A stretch of 64,000 bases of DNA, from positions 99,138,001 through 99,202,000 of the forward strand of contig OX597816.1 in assembly GCA_951406725.2 (NCBI GenBank), in the 5' to 3' direction. Every line of letters begins with the position of its first letter. Positions within the stretch are counted from its first letter, which is position 1. The notes under the pieces were generated by a model. The model made no database searches and had not been told where the DNA came from. It saw only the letters and a program-made list of their open reading frames with translations. The DNA comes from Octopus vulgaris. Taxonomy: Eukaryota. This document shows, in pieces, positions 55,415 to 64,000 of this stretch. A program made the position numbers and the translations under genes.

Positions 55415-55560
55415 TTTTCTACTCTAGCCACAAGGCCTAATTTTTTTTTGGGGGGTGGGGCAGTGGATTAGATCGACCCCAGTACGCAAATAGTACCTAG
55501 TTTATCGACCCCGGAAGGATGAAAGGCAAAGTCGACCTTGGCGAAATTTGATCTCAGAAT
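55415..55560 (-). mobile_element. SINE with family B core, minus strand
   Basis: TTTATCGACCCCGGAAGGATGAAAGGCAAAGTCGACCTTGGCGAAATTTGATCTCAGAA is the reverse complement of the family B core. Confidence 0.75.
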
Positions 55561-58019
55561 ATAAATACAGGCGGTAACATAAAAGAATACTAAAGCAATG
55601 CCCTATGTCACTACCTACATTATTAACATTGATAAACATATGTAAGTTTTAGCCATTATTAGACAAGGTCATGTCTAATTTAAAAAGCATCTCTTCTTGA
55701 AATTTCTTAACTCATGTTTTGGGAAAGCATAACCAATTCTAATAAGATGTTGATGGCTAAAATGTATCAGTGTGTCAGGCGTTAATCTGGCATTCCTAGG
55801 AGGAATCTGTCTTGTTACCGTTCGAATCTACATTAGTTCATTAATGGAAATTTTTGGATAGTGCAGCACCAGTTGATTACCACCTGACGTTATTCATATT
55901 TAAAGATGATATATTTTTTTTTGTATGTACTTTCATTCTCTCAACTAATGAATTAAAATGACTGATGCTATAGTAAATATAATATTTTATATCTAAGGAG
56001 AATGATTTATTACTTGGAATTAAAGAAGTGACAAAACGGACAAGAAGAAAACACCAAGTCAATGTTATTCAAAATATGATCAACGACTCAGGAAACAAAA
56101 GTAGACGACACTTATCGATGTGAATCCGTAAAAGGGTATATATGTGTATGTGCATATGTGTGTGTTTGTGTGTATGTACATATATACCGATATGTGTTTG
56201 TGTGTATATACATATATACCGATATGTATTAATAAAAAATATATATGAATATACATATATTCATATGTGTGTATTTATATCTATATCTTTTATACAGAGA
56301 CAAGCACAAGATTGTTTGTGTATGTATGTATGTATTCATGTCTGTATTCAATCGATGTCTCATCGTTCAGAATGAGATTATTTCTTAAATATTCCGCGTG
56401 GGTATTATGGCAGTTTAGAAGACTCACCCAGTGAGAGGTCAAGATGGTCATGACTAGGTTAATAAACACGAGATGTAATAATTCACAGACAGAAATAGAA
56501 AAATAGACAGATAGTTACAGAAGCTACAAACAGAAACACCTCCACACACAAATGTGTATATAAGCTATCTTATACAAAAACATGCAATTATATATGTTTT
56601 TCTACAACACATCTGTGTGTTGCTTCAGTATGTTTTTGTGCGAGTACGTGTGCGTGTGCATATGCGTGGGTTTGCGGGATGGGTGCACGTATGGATATAT
56701 AAGTATGTATCAATTTAAAAGCTAAAAATGTAGTTGCCACATGTCTGTTGCATAAGCAGATGCATATACGGATAAGCTATAAGTTTATATATACATGTAT
56801 GTGTATGTGCATGCGTATGCGTGTATATGTGTGTGTTTGTATGTATATATATATATATGAATGCAAATAATAGTGAAGTTAAATCAAGCCTACATATGTT
56901 TCAAAGGTAAACTAAAACTTATATATATATAACATAACTCGTAAAACATATATATATATATATTTATTTATCTACCCTTCTATTATTAATTATATATAAC
57001 ATAACTCGTAAAACATAGAAAAACAGTTTAGTTGAACCTCAGGCACAGCTGCTTATATCGTTACAGAGAAGAGTGAGTAATTCATTAATTTTGCCATAAT
57101 AGAATAGTTGTTGGGAAAAAAAGCTAAATCGCGTGACCAATGAGATTAATTGCCAGCAAACAAGCATCTGTAGAGGGGATAAAAAAGGGAGTCAGTTCAC
57201 AGATGTGAATTAACTTGGTGAGAAAGAATCTACGTGTAAAAGGAAGATAAGATGAAGAGGACAACTGAGAGCAAAGAAGAAAAGGCGTCTCAGAAGCAAG
57301 GCAATAGAACCAGAACTTTGGCATCGAATAGTTAGTAAAAAATACACAGAAGAAAACAGAAGCTAAAACGTACGTGATTTAGTGTGATAGCTAAGATAAG
57401 TAATTTACGGTAACACACGCACCGACACACACATATATACACTTATCTATGTAGCTGAAAACCACATGTATCTGTAAATGTGGAGTAGAAATGGTTTTGC
57501 TCATACATACATGCTTTGCATGGTATCTCATATTTTATATATATTTCTCCGCTAGGGTTTCCTATTTATTATTTTTTTGTGTATTCTTTTATATGAACTA
57601 TTGTTGAATTTTCAAATACATTATATTTTAACACGTTAATATTTTCTATTGTTTATGCGTGTGGATACAGTTTATTTATGTATTTGTATGTTTTTTTGCA
57701 AACAATTCTAACTTTGTGCGTTTTCTTATATTGCTTCGTGCTTATGTTTTTATATTTTTTGTTTTTATTTATTTTTATTTATTTATATTTACATATATAT
57801 TTTGATGCATCAATTTTATACATTGTAATCCCCACTGCATTTGCTTAGACGTTACTGATTTTATGTTTTATAGTTTTTCCTCCATTTATTTACATTTATG
57901 TATTTTTTCACGCATCAGTCTTCTGTGTGGTGACTCCAACTGCCTTTGTTCTGAATGTTCCCGTAAATTTTCATTTATATCATATAGCTAGTTCCAGCAT
58001 CATGCATCTACGATCAACA

Positions 58020-58520
58020 TCATGGAATATATGTTTCCTTTCTTGGCTGGGGCAGAGTACGATTTTGAGATGATTAAAATGTTCTTAATACTGAGTGCTC
58101 TGGCTGGTGCGAATTTGTGATTAGTTGTCATTTATTACGTTTAGGAGAAGTGGTGGCTAGTAAGTGTAGAAGTTGATGTTTTTGTAAACTACAACAGTGG
58201 AATGTTGTGTGTGGCCAACAAAAACGAAAAAGTTCAGGAAATATGCACATGCGGAGAAGATGGCAGATGGAAATCTAAAGCGAAGTAGGAGTTGATGAAC
58301 TGTAATAAGATAGGTTATGCGGATGCATTCATCAACTTAACTAACGTATTGCTCTTATGTGGAACCTGCGAATCGTAAGAAAATTTAAACTGAACCTCAA
58401 TACTACCAATAAAGGCGTTGCTGTATTCAATGCTCATGATAATTTCTGTTATCTACTGGTAGAAATCTCCGAGAAAGAAAATGTAAGGATAGTGATGAAT
58501 TCAGCGTGAGGGAAAATATA
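58020..58520 (-). pseudogene. Possible Penelope-like element GIY-YIG region, highly decayed
   Basis: Scattered minus-strand peptides IRITY, FVGHTQ and NILIISKSYSAPAKKGNI fall in the order expected for PLE C-termini (ISYS / YIG.T / W.IL....Y....K.C.LC). Confidence 0.3.
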
Positions 58521-60344
58521 TGCCTGCTTGTGTCAAGTATAGTACGAAGACCAGACAAGTATTTTAGGAGTGGGAGACGATTATCGTCAGGTATGCTATA
58601 GAAAAATTGATATCCATGATGAAAAGGAGCTTGAAAGGCCGAGGGTAAGGTTGAACAGATTGATGATGTGGTTAGTATCTTGGATTATTGATGTTGTTGC
58701 TACGACTCAAGGTTGCGAAGTGCTAATTGAGTCACTCTGAGATGAGTCCTGCCTGACAGTTAGTGAGGGAGTCCCTTTATATGGTTCTTTGAGATAATGT
58801 AGATGACAAGCTAATGGTGTGTATAGATGATGAGTTTGGTACCTGTATCGCGAATAATAAGTGGAGATTGTTTGATGCGTGATAGTGGACAATTGTTTGG
58901 GTTGCGGTAAAGTATGACAGCAAATGATGGTAGAAAATTAGATTCAGAAATAACAGAATTGTTTCGAATTGTAGAGATCAGTCTGCTACATTACCACGGT
59001 ACCAGCCTTGTTGGCCGGCTTGATGGGTATGTAGTGTTGGTATCGAAAGTGGTGGAGTACAACCTTAGAAATAATAAGGCTTCTCAAACGCTTATGAAAA
59101 TCGTAATAGTCACAATTAACAATAAGAGGATGAATGAATCCAGTCACATGACTGTTGGTCAAGGTCTATGATGCAATCAGAGTTGATACGTCTAGTTGAA
59201 CTTTCGTTAAAAGGCACGATGTAACGTAGATAGTTTCTTTTAATTTAGTTGAAAAGATCTCGAATTTGTCGCTCGACGTATTAGAAATAGCAGTACAATT
59301 TCTCTTACCATCTAAGGAAAAGGAAGGTATATTGCATTCCTAGATAACCCTAAAACTACGAATGGTTGTGTTTAGAATACTTTTGATCATAAATGTGTTT
59401 GAACATAGTTGATCTGGTGTTAAATAACAACAACGACAATATTGATCTTAGAATAATCACATGAAATCAATGTTTGGCTTAATTAATCCTACATTAAATG
59501 TTTCTTGTCGCAAGGTGGTCATATTTAAATATGTCATCGAAACCTCCGTAGTGAATTAATTTAGCTAATAATTAAGACTTAATTGATAACTGGCTTATTC
59601 ATCTGCCTAGCAAGTTTTCTTTGACATTTTTATTCCCTTTCTCTGAACTCGCTTAATAGAATCTAGCATTAATGTGGCTCAAAGCAAACAGTTATATCTC
59701 TGAAGGTATCACACGAAAACAAAATCGTATGATCTTTTAAATAATATAGATTTTTAATTTCAGCCCAAAGCGAAGTAATTTTTTCACAAGATGTGCGAAA
59801 GTTTCCGATCACCGGTACATCACTGATACATATTTACTCGATGTAGTAGCATGAAACTAATTACATTCAGATAGTTTTAAAAAATTAAAATTAAATAAGT
59901 AATTAACACAATAGACTATTGAATTTTTCGCCATCTTTCCGTTCAATTTTGATTCGAGATGAATTTCCCTTTGACTCCAGAGTCCATGAATTAAGTGCCA
60001 AAAGTATACTCTGATTTTATATTCACATTTCCGTTGGAAATAATTTCGTAACACATTAACTTTAGTATGAAGTCAGAAACATTTGAACATCAAAATCGCT
60101 TTCTCATTTCCTTTGCATGGAAAAAAACTTATCTGACTTTACCATCGATTTTAATCTTTCTAAAATCGATAACATGATATCATTGATGTATCAGGGTTTA
60201 TTCAGTAAACCTTGTTCCTTAGCCTACAAATGCCGATCTTGTAGCTAATTGTAGAGTGCAGAACTAATCACCCTGTGATTTGTAATTACTTATACTTGTG
60301 CTCTGAATTCAAATCATGCCTAGGGAACATCTACGTTTCACTTT

Positions 60345-62455
60345 GTGGTCATACGAGAATATGTAACAGACAAGGATGTGTGTCCTTTCGTTGACATCAG
60401 AACAAACAGCATCACAAAAACATATAATTTGATGAAGACAGCAAGTATTGTTGTAGCAGTATTGTTGGGCGTTGATGTCAAGAAAAAGAAATATAATGTG
60501 GGTAAGAAAAGAAAAGATCCATGGTGGAAAAGAAGAATATAGGCGTGGTTACATATAATCTCGAAGGACATCTCTGTGTTAGACCGAAAAGAGAAGGGGG
60601 TGCTTAAAAGCGAACAAAAATACAGGGTAATGAACAGGAAGTACGATATTAAGAGAAAGGGCTTGAAAATGGTAATGGAGGAACTGAAACAGAGCCTCGT
60701 TCCAAAGACAGCAAAGATGGTACGATGCGACCAATGAATGAAGAGTTACGACCAGAATAGGTTATTCAGAGTATATCAAGAGATTCTACAAAGAAATAAA
60801 TGGTGAGTGTACAGATGAAAAGTTTATAACAGATAACGTTGTAAGTCAAAGGTTTTGGAATGATATTTGGAGTGAAGACAAGGAGCACAAAAAGCCTGCT
60901 TAATGGTTGAAACAACTGAAACAAACAGTAGTCTGTCCAAAACAGTCAGAACTAGTTATTCCAGTTAGGGAAGTGAAGGAAATCAGTAAAAACTGGGTAA
61001 CAGGAAGGCCCTGGACCAGATGACGTTCAGGGCTACAGGACCAAAGATTTGGTGAATGTCATGCACGAATAGCTGCACAACACAACACCCTGTTAAATGC
61101 GGACCAAGCAACACCAGATTTGACAATGGGTAGGACAATGCTGGGCTTGAAAACGTCGAAAAAGGCAATATGGTAGACAATTACAGGCCGATATCCTGCT
61201 TACCACATGTGGAAATTATTGACTGGAATAGTTACAAAGTTAATATTCGGATATCTGGGAAAATGGCGTCCTGATACATTAGCAGAAGGGTTGCAAGTGC
61301 AGAGGTACCAACGATCAACTCCTGGTAGATAAAATTGTACTCGGAGACTGCAAGAGGAGGAAAACTAACTTAGATATGTCATGGATCGATTATCGTAATG
61401 CGCACGATAGGATCCCACATTCTTGGATTATGGAGTGCATGAACCTATTTGGTATTGCATCGAATGTTGAGCGATTGCTAGGAAAAAAAATATGGCGAAT
61501 TGGAGGACGGAACTGACAGTATACGGAAGAAGATTAAGGACAATAGAAATCAAGAGAGGCATCTTCAAAGGAAACTGTCTGTCCCCACTGATAGTTGAAC
61601 TGTACATGATTACACTAACACTAATTCTGAGGAAAGCAAAGGCTGGGTATGTATTCAAGAGCCGCCCAACAAAATGTCAACTACCTGTTATTCATGGATG
61701 ACCTCAAAATTTATGGTAAAGTTCCGTCGTTGACATGGTGTATACTTTCAGTGCTAATATCAGAATGGAGTTCGGACTGAGAAAGTGTAGTGTGTTAGTC
61801 TTGAAGAGAGGCAAAATCAAATGTATGGACGGTCTAGCGATACCGTCGGGAGAGGTTATAAAGCAGATATGAGACGGGCTATAAGTACTTGGGGATATTG
61901 GAAATGGATAAATTGATGGAAAAGAAAATGACAGAAAAATTTAAGGTGGAGTACTTGTGCAGACTGAGACTCATCCTTAAGTCGAAGTTAAACGGACGGA
62001 ATAAGATTGAAGCTATCAATACCTTTGAGGTTTCACTCCTTACATATGGAGCAGGGGTAATCGCATGGACAGCAGAAAAACTAAACAGCTCAGACAGAAA
62101 GACAAGAAAGTTGTTGACTAGATATGGGATACGCCATCCAAAACGTGACACAGACACTCTGTATGTACCAAGAAAAATAGGGAGAAGAGGACTGATTGGA
62201 TGCGAACACAGAATTAGAGCAGAGAACCGCTATTATTGGAAGAAAGAAGGTCAGGCTTGTATAGGATAGAAGATTGTAAAGATAAAGTCTGTAGAAGCAT
62301 TTGAAAATAAATGAAACTGAAAACAGGTGGATAAAGAAAATAATGCATGGAAAAATCCATAGGGATACAGAGAAAAAGATGGCTGTGAATGACTAAAAGT
62401 GATTTAAAACTGGAAACGGAGGCTCTAATCTGTGCTGCCCAAGAGCAATTACAAC
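60345..62455 (+). mobile_element. Decayed R4/Dong-type non-LTR retrotransposon ORF (N-terminal region + RT), 3'-truncated
   Basis: [145 protein letters not shown]; many frameshifts. Confidence 0.92.
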
Positions 62456-62460
62456 AAAAT

Positions 62461-62793
62461 AGAAGTAGTGGGGGAGTATCATAGCCATATGTTGAGAGGA
62501 ATTCTTTGGGGTTTGAATAATTCACCCTTGGAAACATGAATGTTTCGTTCAACATCCTTAAACAACTCTTTGAGCGGGATGGGCTACTCAACCAAAAGAA
62601 AATTCTAACTGGGTTCCACCTGCAAGGTCATGCGCTGCTTATCTTGATATGAGATCTCCATGTTGCGCACATATAGTTGTGATGCATATACCTAGTGTAC
62701 CCTTATCAGACGGGTAGTCATGATGGGTATACTGGGCTTCGTATATTTACCCCAGTGTCACTTTGATGGCATGCACTGCTCTCACACTCAATG

Positions 62794-62829
<36 letters not shown>

Positions 62830-63612
62830 TGGTCCCTTATTCGAGGACTTTTTGAGCGGGATGGGTTACTTGACCAGAAGAAATTTCTAACTGGGCCCCA
62901 CCTGCAAGACCATGTGCTGTTTATTTTGATATGAGATCACCGTGTCGCGCATATATGGTTGTGAGGTATGTGCCTAGTGTACCCTTATCAGACGGGTAGT
63001 CCTGATGGGTATGCTGTGTTTTGTATATTTTACCCCAGTGTCACTTTGATGGCATGCACTGTTCTCTCATTCAATATTAATAATGCAATACCAGAGACTA
63101 GCTCTCATGGTTTCTGATCTTGATTTGAATATATTATCATGTACATGCTTTGTCTTGGTATAAATGATGGGCTACAGCAAATATCCTGCTCCATACCACA
63201 GATTGCTTGCCGGTTGTTTGACCATAACCATTTGAGCATGTCCCTAAGTGGCTGAAGATATGTGCATCTCTGATCACGAGCAGGAGTCTTGGGAGAGCAT
63301 CATAGTCATGTGTTGTGAGTAATTGTTTGGGGTTTGAATAATTCCCCTCTGGAAACATAGGTGTTTCGTTCACCATCCTTAAAGAACCCTTATTCAAGGC
63401 CCTTTTGAGTGGGATGGTCTACTCGAAAAGTTTAACTGGGCCCTTACTACAAGCTATTTATCTTCATAACAGATCATCATGTCGCGTACATTGGCTGTGA
63501 TATATGTGCCTGGCTTACTCTTATCAGACGCGTAGTCATGATGGGTATATTAGGCTTTGTATATTTCTATCCCAGTGTTACTTTGATGGCATGCATTGCT
63601 CTCTCACTCAAT
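62461..63612 (+). mobile_element. Three head-to-tail copies of an (AAT)n-tailed retroposon 3' segment (62461-62829, 62833-63085, ~63130-63612)
   Basis: Shared CTTATCAGACG(G/C)GTAGTC.TGATGGGTAT...CCCAGTGT.ACTTTGATGGCATGCA.TG.TCTC.CA.TCAAT ending in AAT repeats; the 5' ends differ. Confidence 0.85.
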
Positions 63613-64000
63613 AAAACTTATAATAAGACACTAGGCTAGCGACTTAAGGATACTCAGTAAAGTTTCGAAAAGATAACAGTACAATAGTTTTTGGTCGACA
63701 TTCTAACTTTCTACCAATCTGCACCCAGTGAAATTACGATCATATCAATAATTATGTTTACTAATTAGGACACGGTCGAATACTTTGTGTAACGTAAACT
63801 GATTATACCGCCGCCATTTGTTGATGGGTGCATATTTATCGGTTTATGACAGCGGAAGGGTTACCATATAATTTTTAACTATGTTATTGAATATAATTAA
63901 ACACGTAAAATAACTACAATTATCTTCGAGAAGTTATTTTAACAATCGAATACCCGATAATTTGAAAAAAGTCGAATTCTTACTCAATAAAGTTATGCTA

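Overview
AT-rich, repeat-dense eukaryotic (metazoan) DNA. The SINE/LINE repertoire and the (TA)n/(CA)n load suggest a coleoid cephalopod such as Octopus (inference). No intact host protein-coding gene is recognisable, and almost all listed ORFs are microsatellite artefacts. The window holds several decayed R4/Dong-type non-LTR retrotransposons (RT plus restriction-like endonuclease), a near full-length mariner transposase pseudogene, a Tigger/pogo remnant, an RTE fragment, weaker Tc1/hAT/Penelope relics and at least three tRNA-related SINE families. The most striking signal is a dispersed set of type-I hammerhead-ribozyme-like motifs (about 7 with clear geometry, 3-4 weaker). They sit in short non-coding elements next to (TA)n tracts, often inside long inverted repeats, and one is fused to a tRNA-derived SINE head. 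This looks like a diverse population of Penelope-pLTR-derived or retrozyme-like non-autonomous ribozyme elements. Every copy carries at least one deviation from the consensus, so catalytic activity is untested. All assignments come from reading the sequence by eye.
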